Below, piece after piece: positions 37,791 to 48,004 of a DNA stretch of 64,000 bases. The notes beneath the pieces were generated by a model. It was not told where the DNA came from. It made no database searches and saw only the letters and a program-made list of their open reading frames with translations. Position numbers and translations under genes: made by a program. This DNA is from Candidatus Terraquivivens tengchongensis (lineage in GTDB: Archaea > Thermoproteota > Nitrososphaeria_A > Caldarchaeales > Wolframiiraptoraceae), in the NCBI GenBank assembly GCA_023261845.1, contig JALNJZ010000003.1, positions 1 to 64,000 on the forward strand, given 5' to 3'. The stretch's first letter is position 1; the number at the start of each line of letters is the position of its first letter.

Positions 37791-39443
37791 TTACCTCAAA
37801 GGTAGCGAGATATTTCTCGACCTGCTGTAATTCTCAAGATTCTTTCTTCTATTAAGTGCGGCCCTTATAAATCCTAGGTATACCGCTTCAGGTTTTCCTG
37901 GCTTTGATACAAATTCCGCATGGTATTGGGTCGCTATAAAGTATGGATGACTCGGTAATTCGATGATCTCGACTCTCCGTCCATCCTCGGACATACCTGA
38001 GAAGACCATGCCTGCACGTGTTAGTACATCCCAGTATGCCGGATTGACCTCATATCTATGACGATGTCTTTGTCGCGTCACTCTAGTGTTGTAGAGCTTA
38101 TATGCTAACGTTCCGGGTTTTATGATTATCTCAAACGCCCCGAGCCTCATCGTGCCCCCTAAGTTTTCAAGGCTACGTTGTTCTGGTAGAAGGTCTATTA
38201 CCGGATGCGGCGTATCTGCCGCTACCTCCGTACTGTTAGCCCCCTCAAGACCGCAAACGTTCCTCGCGTATTCGACGACTGAAAGCTGCATACCAAAGCA
38301 TATTCCGAGAAACGGTATGCCGTTTTCTCTAGAATATTTGATTACGTTGATCTTCCCCTCAACACCTCTTTGACCGAATCCACCAGGTACCAGTATGCCA
38401 TCATACCTACTAAGTAAGTTTACCTTTTCAGGATATGCCTCAAACTCCTCCGTATCTATCCAGTCTATAATTGCCTTTGCACCTGCATAAGCGGCGGCGT
38501 GTATTAGCGCCTCCCTCACACTAACGTAAGAATCTATGAGCTTAGTGTACTTACCACAGACGGCAATCCTGACTTCCTCTCTAGCGTTCTTCATCGAAGC
38601 GACTATATCGCTCCACTCTTTCAGCTTCGGTTGTCTCCAGCTAAGGTTAAGCCTGCCGGTTATAAAAACGCCCATGCCCTGCTCTTCCAGTATCAATGGC
38701 ACCTCATACACGTGCTCCACGTCATAGGAACAAAAAACTGCGCTTTCTGGAAGCGTACCGAATAAAGCTATCTTGCTCTTTGTTGCTTTATCTATCGGTT
38801 TTTCGCATCTTGCTACTATAGCGTCTGGTTGTATACCTATCCTGCGAAGTTCGTTTACGCTGTGTTGTAAGGCTTTGGTTTTGAATTCTTCAGTGGCCTT
38901 CAGTATGGGCACTAGGGCTACGTGGATAAATAGCGTGTTCTCGAACCCCTCTTCGAGACGCATTTGTCTTGCTGCCTCTAAGAATGGCTGCCCCTCTATA
39001 TCGCCCGCTGTACCGCCTATCTCGACTATGGCTATATCAACACCATCATTCTCTGCCGCTAGCCTTATTCTACGTTTAATCTCATCGGTTATATGGGGTA
39101 CTATTTGGACACATTTACCTAAGTAATCTCCGCGTCTTTCTTTAGTGATAACCTCCAAGTAAACCTGTCCGGTCGTGATGTTATTACGCTTCGAAAGCGT
39201 AATGTCCAAGAATCGTTCATACCATCCTATATCTAGGTCAGTTTCGCCACCATCGTCAGTAACGAAGACCTCACCATGAGCATAGGGGTTCATCGTACCG
39301 CTATCGACGTTTAGATATGGGTCTATCTTGATAGCCGTTACCTTGTAGCCCCTTGCCTGTAAAATTCTGCCAACAGAGGCTGCAACTATGCCCTTACCAA
39401 CTGACGAGACTACGCCGCCTGTTACGAAGATATACTTCGGCAC
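37791..39443 (-). CDS. pyrG: CTP synthase
   Basis: FVTGGVVSSVGKG, KIDPYLNVD, GICFGMQ, RHRHRYE and QYHAE. Confidence 0.97.
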   Translation of the reverse strand: MPKYIFVTGGVVSSVGKGIVAASVGRILQARGYKVTAIKIDPYLNVDSGTMNPYAHGEVFVTDDGGETDLDIGWYERFLDITLSKRNNITTGQVYLEVITKERRGDYLGKCVQIVPHITDEIKRRIRLAAENDGVDIAIVEIGGTAGDIEGQPFLEAARQMRLEEGFENTLFIHVALVPILKATEEFKTKALQHSVNELRRIGIQPDAIVARCEKPIDKATKSKIALFGTLPESAVFCSYDVEHVYEVPLILEEQGMGVFITGRLNLSWRQPKLKEWSDIVASMKNAREEVRIAVCGKYTKLIDSYVSVREALIHAAAYAGAKAIIDWIDTEEFEAYPEKVNLLSRYDGILVPGGFGQRGVEGKINVIKYSRENGIPFLGICFGMQLSVVEYARNVCGLEGANSTEVAADTPHPVIDLLPEQRSLENLGGTMRLGAFEIIIKPGTLAYKLYNTRVTRQRHRHRYEVNPAYWDVLTRAGMVFSGMSEDGRRVEIIELPSHPYFIATQYHAEFVSKPGKPEAVYLGFIRAALNRRKNLENYSRSRNISLPLR

Positions 39444-39545
39444 AAAGATGATGTTCTCGAGTTTAATATAAACGTTTGCAAGAAACTGACAGTTGCTTCG
39501 CGAACGTTGTTGACTGAAGAAATTCTTTGGCCAAAAAGCTTAATA

Positions 39546-39562
39546 GTTAGGCAGTGCCTAAC
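39546..39562. promoter_or_regulatory. DtxR/MntR-type operator
   Basis: Perfect palindrome GTTAGGCA-G-TGCCTAAC between the AAAAAGCTTAATA promoter element and the GTG start; resembles the TTAGG...CCTAA DtxR box. Confidence 0.78.
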
Positions 39563-39569
39563 ATTAATC

Positions 39570-40004
39570 GTGCCAAGGAATCTTAGTAGGGTCGAATCCT
39601 GCTATCTCAAGCGTATATACGCCTCAACGGTTGAGGATGGAAAGCAGATTACGAGCGGTGACCTTGCTAAGATATTCAACGTCAGAATACCTTCGGCTAT
39701 AGATGTTTTGAATAAGCTGGAAAAGAAGATGTACATCAAGAAAGAGAAGTACGGATACATCACACTTACCCAAGCAGGTTGTGAGGTTGCTATCGAACTA
39801 TTACATGCCCACAGGGTCTTTGAAGTTTTTCTTGTTAACAGTCTTAAAATGAAGTCTAACGAAGCATGCAAGGTAGCAGACTATGTAGATCATATACTTG
39901 ATAAGGATGTCATAACCAGACTTTGCGCCTACCTCAATAAACCCATGAAGTGTTGTCACAATCGTACAATAATCCATGTAGGTTGTGGGGCGAAGAGTAA
40001 ATGA
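39570..40004 (+). CDS. DtxR/MntR/TroR metal-dependent repressor
   Basis: YLKRIY, DLAKIFNVRIPSAIDVL, HRVFEVFL and PMKCCH; start moved to GTG 39570, downstream of the operator. Confidence 0.9.
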   Translation: MPRNLSRVESCYLKRIYASTVEDGKQITSGDLAKIFNVRIPSAIDVLNKLEKKMYIKKEKYGYITLTQAGCEVAIELLHAHRVFEVFLVNSLKMKSNEACKVADYVDHILDKDVITRLCAYLNKPMKCCHNRTIIHVGCGAKSK

Positions 40005-41002
40005 ACCTGAAACCATTCTTTTTAATGTCGTTTATACTAATCATGTCCCTCCTTTCGTTACAGTTTGCTGTTAATGCAACGACGAAGATAAATGTCGTGG
40101 TATCTACGCCGACGCTAATGTCGCTTGTTAATTCTGCTGCCGGAAATTATGTCCAAGTTATGAGTGTTGTGCCATTTGGGACCGACCCTCACGAGTACCA
40201 ACTCGTCCCTAAGGATTTAGAAAAAATATCTAACTCAGACATGCTGATCATTACAGGACATTTCAAATGGGAGGAAGAACTAGTATCCTACGTGAATCGC
40301 GGTACAGTCCTAGACCTGCACAAAGCATTAGACGGAAAACTGAAACTGCTTAACATTCCGGATGATGATATAAACTTACATGAATGGTGGCTCTTACCAT
40401 ACAACGCCAAGCTCGTTATACATGAGATAGCATCCAGATTGGCAGAGATAGACGTGTACAACGCTAAGGTTTATATGAACATCGCCGAAAAATCCACAGA
40501 ATCTATAGACAAGATTATGGCTGAAGTGAAAAGAACGTTAAGCGAAAAGGGTCTTATTGGCGATGTCGCGATCTGCTCGACACCAATTGAACAATACTTA
40601 ATCGAAGGGTTTGGTATGCGTTGCACACTTATCTTGGCAGAAGAAGAGTTATCTGGTGTAAAACCCTTAACGCTCGAGAAGGCGAGAGCAATGCTTGCTG
40701 AAAACTCTCCTAAGTTACTCGTATTGGCCGACATTAGCGAAGGTACTGCTGGAGCAGATGTGATAAAGAAATTAGCTGATGAAACGAACACGTACCTTTT
40801 GAGACTCACTATGATGCCAGAAGATAACTGGACTTATGAAACACTCTTAGCATACAACGCGGGCTTAATTAACAGCGTGCCTTACACATCTAAGACGAAC
40901 TCTGGAACGGATATAATCATGAGCATTTTGGTCCCAATATTGTCCATCGTTGTAGTAGTCGAAGCAATAATCATACTGAGGTTAAGGGTGAGAAGGTCAT
41001 GA
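40001..41002 (+). CDS. Zn/Mn ABC substrate-binding protein (cluster A-I)
   Basis: GTDPHEYQ and NLHEWW; N- and C-terminal TM segments. Confidence 0.88.
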   Translation: MNLKPFFLMSFILIMSLLSLQFAVNATTKINVVVSTPTLMSLVNSAAGNYVQVMSVVPFGTDPHEYQLVPKDLEKISNSDMLIITGHFKWEEELVSYVNRGTVLDLHKALDGKLKLLNIPDDDINLHEWWLLPYNAKLVIHEIASRLAEIDVYNAKVYMNIAEKSTESIDKIMAEVKRTLSEKGLIGDVAICSTPIEQYLIEGFGMRCTLILAEEELSGVKPLTLEKARAMLAENSPKLLVLADISEGTAGADVIKKLADETNTYLLRLTMMPEDNWTYETLLAYNAGLINSVPYTSKTNSGTDIIMSILVPILSIVVVVEAIIILRLRVRRS

Positions 41003-41775
41003 ACTCCGTTGAGGCCTCGGGGTTAACCGTTAGGTTGAATGGCTTTGAGGCGTTAAGTAACGTCACTTTGTCGTTGAATCATCCGAGTTTTACGGTAATC
41101 ATTGGACCAAACGGTGCTGGTAAGACTACGTTGCTTAAAACAATTCTTGGGCTTCTAAAACCACAAAGCGGAAACATCAGAGTGATGGGATTGGACCCGA
41201 CAAAAGAGCCACAAAAGGTTAGATTGATGATCGGCTATGTTCCGCAGAGGGATAGGATATCATTCTTCGTACCGATGAAGGTCAAAGATGTCGTTATGAT
41301 GTCAAGACTGGCATGGAAAAGACCGCCGAGGTGGGTAACGGAGCATGACGAGGCTGCTGTAAAAGAGGCCCTAAGAATCGTAGGAGCTGAGGATTTAGCG
41401 AATAGGATGTTCAATGAACTTAGTGGTGGTCAACAACAAAGGGTCTTGATAGCTAGGGCTATAGTTTCCGAGCCCAAGTTACTGTTACTTGATGAACCCT
41501 TTAACGGCATCGATGTAACGACCCAGCATGAGATAATGAACCTCATTGCGAGCCTTAGGAAGAACGGTGTTTCCGTCATAATGGTCACACACGACGTAAG
41601 CGACGTTATTGACCTCATAGATAACCTCGTCTTACTCTACAGGAGTATTGTAGCAATAGGGAAGCCGGAGGACGTTTTAAGGGAAGACGTTCTAAAAAAT
41701 GTTTACGGTAACAGAATCAGGGTTTACTCTAATGAACCATGCCTAATGTTCGTACCAAGAGATTCACATGGTTGA
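40999..41775 (+). CDS. Zn/Mn ABC ATPase
   Basis: GPNGAGKT, GYVPQ, LSGGQQQR and LDEP. Confidence 0.92.
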   Translation: MNSVEASGLTVRLNGFEALSNVTLSLNHPSFTVIIGPNGAGKTTLLKTILGLLKPQSGNIRVMGLDPTKEPQKVRLMIGYVPQRDRISFFVPMKVKDVVMMSRLAWKRPPRWVTEHDEAAVKEALRIVGAEDLANRMFNELSGGQQQRVLIARAIVSEPKLLLLDEPFNGIDVTTQHEIMNLIASLRKNGVSVIMVTHDVSDVIDLIDNLVLLYRSIVAIGKPEDVLREDVLKNVYGNRIRVYSNEPCLMFVPRDSHG

Positions 41776-42595
41776 TCCATTATCGCCTTTTTTGATAAAG
41801 GCCTACGTCGCTGTCCTACTCATGGCAGCCACGTCCATAATAGGTTCTATCTCCGTATTGAGGGGCGTTGCCTACATGCCTGCCGAAGCGGCACATGCGG
41901 CATTAGGTGGCGCAGCCTTAGGAATCCTGCTCGCTCATGTAGCCAATCTGACGTTAGACCCATACATGGTCGCGGCAATCTTCGCTAGCATTACAACACT
42001 TTCTGCGGGCTATATAGGAAGGAAAGGTGGTCCTGAGGCGATTGCGGCAGCACTCGCTGGTGCACTGACGATTGGTGTCTCCATTTATGCGTTCGTGAGG
42101 TACATTTTACCCGCGAAACTCAGGGTCGTTTTGGACGGCTATCTTGTAGGCGATATACTTCTCTTAGGAGATTTTGACATAGTCGCATTATCGATTCTAA
42201 CTGTGGCATGCATGACAATTTTCGCCATGTTTTACAACGAGATAGTTTACGTGTGCTTCGACCCTGAAGGTGCCGAGGCTATGGGCGTAAACGTTCTATT
42301 CTACGACTTCGTGATCTTCTTTTTGATAGGTCTGGCTGGCAGCATAGTCACAAAGACTGTGGGCACGCTTATCGTTTATGCGCTTGTGATAGCGCCTGCC
42401 ATAACAGCAAAAGAGTTATCGAGGAGCGTCAACGGTATGCTAACACTCACCGCGGCTATAACTCTAGTGGCTGGCTATAGTGGTTTACTGCTCTCAATAG
42501 TATTCAACATACCAAGCAGTGGCTCCATAGCGATATTCGCGAGTGCTATATATGTTGGCACGATGCTGGCTAAGAGGCTGACCCTAAAACGGTGA
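41768..42595 (+). CDS. Zn/Mn ABC permease (ABC-3)
   Basis: AHAALGG, YLVGDIL and FDPEGAEAMG. Confidence 0.9.
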   Translation: MVDPLSPFLIKAYVAVLLMAATSIIGSISVLRGVAYMPAEAAHAALGGAALGILLAHVANLTLDPYMVAAIFASITTLSAGYIGRKGGPEAIAAALAGALTIGVSIYAFVRYILPAKLRVVLDGYLVGDILLLGDFDIVALSILTVACMTIFAMFYNEIVYVCFDPEGAEAMGVNVLFYDFVIFFLIGLAGSIVTKTVGTLIVYALVIAPAITAKELSRSVNGMLTLTAAITLVAGYSGLLLSIVFNIPSSGSIAIFASAIYVGTMLAKRLTLKR

Positions 42596-42639
42596 AGGTA
42601 TAATTACGGCTTCGTTCCATGAAAGGGTAAAGGAGAAAT

Positions 42640-42711
42640 GGGCCGGTAGCGTAGCGGAAGCGCGCCCGCCTCGCACGCGGGAGGTCGCGGGTTCGAGTCC
42701 CGCCCGGTCCA
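42640..42711 (+). tRNA. tRNA-Ala(CGC)
   Basis: GGGCCGG/CCGGTCC-A with G3:U70; CCCGC-CTCGCAC-GCGGG; GGTTCGAGTCC; T7 run at 42721-27. Confidence 0.95.
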
Positions 42712-42754
42712 ATAATCAAATTTTTTTAAATTTTGATATTGGGTAGGAGCACCG

Positions 42755-43070
42755 TTAAGGCAACGACATGTAGTAGTATCCATAATTGTCTTTGTTTGTG
42801 ACTGTGTAGGTGACTTCCGACCATACCTGCGGCCCACTCTTCAACTGGAATGCTTGCGATGTTATCGGGTCTATTATGACGGGTGCTGTAAAGTCATTCA
42901 ATGAGCCAGAGCCGGTGAACTCCTTCAAGATATCAGTAACGTCTGAACCGGAAGTTATTTGGACAGTGTGGGTTCCAGGTGCTGCTGGAAACGTCTGTTT
43001 CCATGCATCATATGCAACCACTGATGAAAATGCGTTGAGACCGAAGAGTAGTAAGGCTTGAAAGGGTAAC
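42755..43070 (-). pseudogene. Remnant of a Thr/Ser/aromatic-rich, probably extracellular beta protein
   Basis: Open frame LPFQALLLFGLNAFSSVVAYDAWKQTFPAAPGTHTVQITSG... with no convincing start; lies directly 3' of a tRNA. Confidence 0.4.
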
Positions 43071-43117
43071 TATCATACCATTCGGAACTGAAAAATTCTC
43101 GCGTCAAAATGGGATGC

Positions 43118-43852
43118 TTAGCGGTATAGGTTGCGTAGTGAGCTTATAAGTGATTGTATGTCTTGCTTGAGTGACAGGACGAATGGTATGCCTTCGTGCT
43201 CTGCCAGCGTTATGGCTAGCTCGTCCACATCTTCGGGCTTTGTGGGCCCATGGATTACTATCATCCTGGGCTTTATCGGGTATATCTTCACTGCGATCAA
43301 AGGTGAGCGACCCCTGCTTACGCCGACGAAGACCAGCGCCCTCATGGAGTTCGTACCGAACAATCTTAGAAAATCTGTTGCGTCCATGAATTTTATGGCG
43401 TTCAGGCTGTCCACGACTGTGTACCCGTATACTGGCTGGTCCTGTCCTTCCTTGCCGGCCAGGATTACACCATCCACAGCCTCCGTAACTTCTTTGACAG
43501 ATTTTGCCTTAGGAAACTCTGCCATGTCTAAGATAACGTTACTGAGATCTTTCGTCGTTGTTGTGAACTTCTTTATATGAACGCCACCCCTCTTGGAATC
43601 TATCTCTATCAGCGCTGTGACGAATTTCCTAAGAAAGATAGTTCCTGGCGATTTTCGTCGATTCTTTTCGTAATCGTTCAAAACAGACGGTGCTATGCCC
43701 ATGTGCCTTGCCAGCTCACTTTGGCCGAGCTCAAACAGAAGCCTCCATTTCTTCATCACGTCGCCAGGAGTTTTAGAAAGTATTATCTCACCAGCTATTC
43801 TGTTCATTAAAGCCTCTTCCATCGCCCCATACGTGCCAGCAGAGCTACCCAT
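43118..43852 (-). CDS. XRE HTH regulator with DRTGG-like domain (COG1709-like)
   Basis: IAGEIILS, QSELARHMGIAPSVLNDYEKNRRKSPG, YGYTVVDSL and GVSRGRSPLIA. Confidence 0.85.
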   Translation of the reverse strand: MGSSAGTYGAMEEALMNRIAGEIILSKTPGDVMKKWRLLFELGQSELARHMGIAPSVLNDYEKNRRKSPGTIFLRKFVTALIEIDSKRGGVHIKKFTTTTKDLSNVILDMAEFPKAKSVKEVTEAVDGVILAGKEGQDQPVYGYTVVDSLNAIKFMDATDFLRLFGTNSMRALVFVGVSRGRSPLIAVKIYPIKPRMIVIHGPTKPEDVDELAITLAEHEGIPFVLSLKQDIQSLISSLRNLYR

Positions 43853-43918
43853 CTACAATGATTTTATTGAGGAACCTAAATATATTAATATTTTAGTGCT
43901 GAAGTAAGACAATATGGG

Positions 43919-44653
43919 ATGGGAAAGAAAAACACACGTATGAAGAAGGTTAAACCACCTGTCGCAATAGAAGTCTCGGATATTTTAAACCTGGCTAGGC
44001 TAGCTATGAGTAGGGTTGACATTCAACCATTATTCTGGCACTTCAGGTGGAAAAACCAGCCGATACTCGGCTACCTTTCGTCCATACCGTATTGGTACGG
44101 AAATTTGCCGATATTTACATACACAAAACTCGATTGCAAATTGAAAAGTTACATAGCGTACATGAGTGTCGAGAAGGAGGAGGTCTTATTGACAGATAGC
44201 AACGACGATAGCCGGTACATGTATGGCGCGGTTGTTGAAACGGAGAACGAACCTCCGTTTATAACGGAAGCCCTTTCTGGGCGCAACAAGCTGAAAGATA
44301 AGCCAGTACTCATAAAAGCAGGAAACCTAAACTCTCTAATCAGGATGCTGATCATACTATCAGATACGAATTCTTCGCCACCTTTATGGTACTTTGAGTT
44401 TAAGGGCAAGCATGTGCTAGGTCTTATAGCTCCTTTCTTTGACTATTATGACGCCAATGCTTTACCGGTTTTCTTCTACATAGAAAGCGATACAAAGCCT
44501 CCAGCGTCATTCATAAGATACATCTCACTTAAAACTGGAGAGGAGATTTCGTACGTGCCATACATAAGCGATATGAAGTACTTCTACGGCAGGATAGTGA
44601 ACGTTAAGTCTATGCCCTTCTTTACCGGCCCGGATTTGGAGTACCGCAGGTAA
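43919..44653 (+). CDS. Hypothetical protein made of two tandem copies of one ~110-aa domain
   Basis: PVAIEV..LARL..FWHF..ILG..LPIFTY..YIAY..YMYGAVV..PPF versus PVLIKA..LIRM..LWYF..VLG..LPVFFY..FIRY..YFYGRIV..MPFF. Confidence 0.75.
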   Translation: MGKKNTRMKKVKPPVAIEVSDILNLARLAMSRVDIQPLFWHFRWKNQPILGYLSSIPYWYGNLPIFTYTKLDCKLKSYIAYMSVEKEEVLLTDSNDDSRYMYGAVVETENEPPFITEALSGRNKLKDKPVLIKAGNLNSLIRMLIILSDTNSSPPLWYFEFKGKHVLGLIAPFFDYYDANALPVFFYIESDTKPPASFIRYISLKTGEEISYVPYISDMKYFYGRIVNVKSMPFFTGPDLEYRR

Positions 44654-44838
44654 ATTTTTACAAACTCCCAACCTCTTGATGGATGCCAGCTCCTTATCGA
44701 ACTCTATTCATTTTAAATACTGTAGAGGTTTTTCATGCATTGACTACATAATTTATTTTATTGCTAAAGGGTGAATTCAGGCAAAAAACCTGTAAATGTT
44801 ACAATTTTAGCCCAAGATTGTGTTAAAATTTATTAGAT

Positions 44839-44851
44839 GGCTAAGTTAGCC
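44839..44851. promoter_or_regulatory. Palindrome just downstream of the thermosome TATA box
   Basis: GGCTAA-G-TTAGCC following AAATTTATTA. Confidence 0.45.
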
Positions 44852-44876
44852 GTTGTTTCTGGAGTGTGAGTATTGT

Positions 44877-46538
44877 ATGGCTTCAGCTGAAGTAGGTGTA
44901 GCACAACCAGTCATAATTCTAAAAGAAGGTACGCAGAGATCTAGGGGTAGAGATGCACAATCATCAAACATCATGGTTGCAAAAATTATAGCGGAAAGTA
45001 TGAGGTCGTCGCTCGGACCAAGAGGGATGGACAAAATGCTGGTTGACAGCTTCGGTGACGTCGTCATAACAAACGACGGTGCCACGATACTTAAGGAGAT
45101 GGACGTTGAGCACCCCGTGGCTAAAATGCTCGTCGAGGTAGCTAAAGCGCAGGACTCAGAGGTCGGTGACGGGACAACTACGGCCGTCGTCTTGGCAGGG
45201 GAACTCCTTGCTAAAGCTGAGGAATTAATCGAGAAAGAAGTGCATCCAAGCGTAATAATTGAGGGATACCGTAAGGCGGCCGTGAAGGCCCTCGAGATAC
45301 TTGATGAGATAAGCTACCCGGTAAGCCCGAACGACAGGGATATGCTGATTAAGGTCGCTAAGACCTCGATAGCAAGCAAGCTCGTATCCGAGGAGTCAGA
45401 TTACTTGTCGAACTTGGCAGTAGATGCTGTGCTAAAGGTTGCTGAGAAAGTTGACGGAAAGTGGCACGTTGACTTGGATGATATTTTGCTCGTTAAGAAG
45501 AGCGGCCAGTCGCTACGCGACACGAAGCTCATCGAAGGGATCGTTCTGGACAAAGAAGTCGTTCACCCAGACATGCCGAAACTGGTCAGGAACGCAAAGA
45601 TAGCCATGCTCGACGCGCCCTTAGAGATTGAGAAGACGGAGTTTGATGCAAAGCTCCACATTGAAACTCCGGAACAGATGAAGGCTTTCATGAAGCAGGA
45701 AGAGGATATGCTAAGAGACATGGTCAACAAGATTATATCGGTCGGCGCAAACGTTGTCATCTGTCAGAAGGGCATCGATGACCTAGCGCAGTACTTCCTA
45801 GCAAAAGCAGGTATTTTGGCGGTACGCAGGGTTAAGAAGTCTGATATGGATAAACTCGCCAAGGCCACAAACGGTAGGGTCATCTCAAGAATTGACGACT
45901 TAACGCCTGAAGATCTAGGAAGGGCAGCACTCGTCGAGGAAAGGCGTGTTGGTGAAGACAAAATGGTCTTCATCGAAGGATGCGAGAACCCGAAGTCGAT
46001 AAGCATACTCATTAGGGGAGGTACACAGAGGATAGTTGACGAGGCTGAGCGCTCGCTAAAGGATGCGATAAACGTTGTCAAGGATGTTATAGTCGAGGGC
46101 AAGGTGGTAGCGGGCGGTGGTGCTCCCGAGATAGAGCTAGCCATGAGACTCCGCGATTATGCTAATACCTTGGCCGGTAAGGAGCAGCTGGCTGTTAACA
46201 AGTTTGCCGAAGCGTTAGAGATAGTGCCATCGCAACTTGCCGAGAATGCGGGCATGGACCCAATAGAGACGATAGTTAACCTGACGAGCGAGCACAAGAA
46301 GGGCAACAAGTGGGCAGGTGTCGACATCTTTAATGCCAGGATATCCGACATGTTTAAGCGCGACGTTATTGAGCCGTTACTCGTTAAGAAGCAGACAATA
46401 AAGTCGGCGGTCGAGGCCGCCTCGATGATACTCAAGATAGATGATATAATCGCCGCATCAAGATTAGAAGAAAAAGCTCCAAAGACTGGAAAGGAAGAAG
46501 GAAAAGTTGGAGAAGGAGAAGAAGGATCTTTCGATTGA
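44877..46538 (+). CDS. ths: Thermosome (group II chaperonin) subunit
   Basis: [26 protein letters not shown] and GGGAPE. Confidence 0.97.
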   Translation: MASAEVGVAQPVIILKEGTQRSRGRDAQSSNIMVAKIIAESMRSSLGPRGMDKMLVDSFGDVVITNDGATILKEMDVEHPVAKMLVEVAKAQDSEVGDGTTTAVVLAGELLAKAEELIEKEVHPSVIIEGYRKAAVKALEILDEISYPVSPNDRDMLIKVAKTSIASKLVSEESDYLSNLAVDAVLKVAEKVDGKWHVDLDDILLVKKSGQSLRDTKLIEGIVLDKEVVHPDMPKLVRNAKIAMLDAPLEIEKTEFDAKLHIETPEQMKAFMKQEEDMLRDMVNKIISVGANVVICQKGIDDLAQYFLAKAGILAVRRVKKSDMDKLAKATNGRVISRIDDLTPEDLGRAALVEERRVGEDKMVFIEGCENPKSISILIRGGTQRIVDEAERSLKDAINVVKDVIVEGKVVAGGGAPEIELAMRLRDYANTLAGKEQLAVNKFAEALEIVPSQLAENAGMDPIETIVNLTSEHKKGNKWAGVDIFNARISDMFKRDVIEPLLVKKQTIKSAVEAASMILKIDDIIAASRLEEKAPKTGKEEGKVGEGEEGSFD

Positions 46539-46770
46539 ATACAAAGGATTGACAAGGTACGAGAAAGCAAGGATAATTGGTGGGAGGGCACTTCAGCTTT
46601 CGCTTGGTGCCTTCCCACTCATTGAGACAAGGCCCGGCGATACCGTAATAGACATAGCCAAACGAGAACTCGAAGCAGGTGTTCTGCCGATTATAATAAG
46701 ACGGAAGAGACCTGACGGCTCTTATGTTGACATCCAGCTCCAAGAGTTGCTTGAAAAACAAATTGTTTAA
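46507..46770 (+). CDS. rpo6: RNA polymerase subunit Rpo6/K (exact start uncertain)
   Basis: [33 protein letters not shown]. Confidence 0.95.
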   Translation: MEKEKKDLSIEYKGLTRYEKARIIGGRALQLSLGAFPLIETRPGDTVIDIAKRELEAGVLPIIIRRKRPDGSYVDIQLQELLEKQIV

Positions 46771-46906
46771 TTTTTTATTGTATTTCTATCGTACTTCTCT
46801 ATAAAATCGTTAGTACATACTACTCGAATGTTTTTGACATCAACCTTTATAAGAAATAACCGCTTCTCCATAAATTACGCACATAATATTCAGGTGATGC
46901 TGACAG

Positions 46907-48004
46907 ATGTATCGAGCAGGAATAAGAGAACTTGAAGCATCGTACAAAAAGCTCTCGTCTTGGTACTATAAAGTTGCAAGGTCCATCACCTGGAGCGTTA
47001 TAAGGGCTTTTATAGATAATTACAGTCCATCAAAGTTCACACGAATTTTGGCCAGCCCTTTATGCTTTGATCTTTTAACAGTCGCTACTGGGTTAGACGA
47101 GTTGGGTAGTGGGTCTACCACGATCATTGGTGCCATACTAAAAGATGTTCTCACACCCGCTGACGGCATAGCGATACTTGGTGGAAAGAGTCTTGCTAGG
47201 TTCGACGTTCCCAATGAGCTTGATGCTGTTGCAACTGAGCTTGGCCTTACGAGCGAAGAGGTTGAGCACCTAAAGTACTGTAGCCGAATGGTGGCAAAGG
47301 TGGACGAAGCAGCCATACAAGATGGTTTCCACTTATACCATCATATGATGGCTGTATCGTATGACGGTTTTTGGGCCGTCGTCCAACAGGGAATTAACCC
47401 AATATCTTGCAAGGCCAGAAGGTACCACTGGTTCTCCGGCAAAGTCAAAAGCTTCGTAGAAGAGCCTCATGAGGGCATAGTCAGCCAAGAAAAGTCGAAG
47501 CTTGTCCTGGATATGACTGCGAAGGAGAGCGAAGAGGCAAGGCATGCATCGATCGAACTAATAGTTTACGACTTCAAAAAATTGAGGCACGTGTACAACG
47601 TTGCTAAACAAAGGACGCAAACGAATCTTTCTTTATGGTTTGATTCGCCTAGGATAGAAAGCTTCGTCGAGCTGCCGCTTAGGATAAACTGGAAGTTAAT
47701 CAAGAGCATCAACTCGAATCCGCCAGCAAACTATGAGGGTTTGCTGGCAATAAGGGGCGTAGGGCCGGAGACAGTAAGGTTCCTCGCCTTCGGGTGTAGA
47801 TGGTTATACGACATAGTACCGAGCATGAACGACCCTGCCGTGATTTTGGACGAATTTACCACTTACACTCCGAACAAAGAAGAAGAAAGGATGATTTTCG
47901 AGGTAATCTCAGCAATAGAGTTATCCAACCTTCCAGTTGAATTGAAAAATCGCGCACTCCATAAAGCAAATGCGTGGTTGACACAAAAGGAGTTTAGTGC
48001 TTAA
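46907..48004 (+). CDS. DUF763 family protein (divergent)
   Basis: [40 protein letters not shown] and GVGP (HhH-like). Confidence 0.82.
   Translation: MYRAGIRELEASYKKLSSWYYKVARSITWSVIRAFIDNYSPSKFTRILASPLCFDLLTVATGLDELGSGSTTIIGAILKDVLTPADGIAILGGKSLARFDVPNELDAVATELGLTSEEVEHLKYCSRMVAKVDEAAIQDGFHLYHHMMAVSYDGFWAVVQQGINPISCKARRYHWFSGKVKSFVEEPHEGIVSQEKSKLVLDMTAKESEEARHASIELIVYDFKKLRHVYNVAKQRTQTNLSLWFDSPRIESFVELPLRINWKLIKSINSNPPANYEGLLAIRGVGPETVRFLAFGCRWLYDIVPSMNDPAVILDEFTTYTPNKEEERMIFEVISAIELSNLPVELKNRALHKANAWLTQKEFSA

Noticed and set aside
43021-43091. Possible second C/D sRNA (CTGATGA...CCGA...CTGA)
   Set aside because: No convincing C' box or terminal stem, and it overlaps the decayed reading frame on the other strand.
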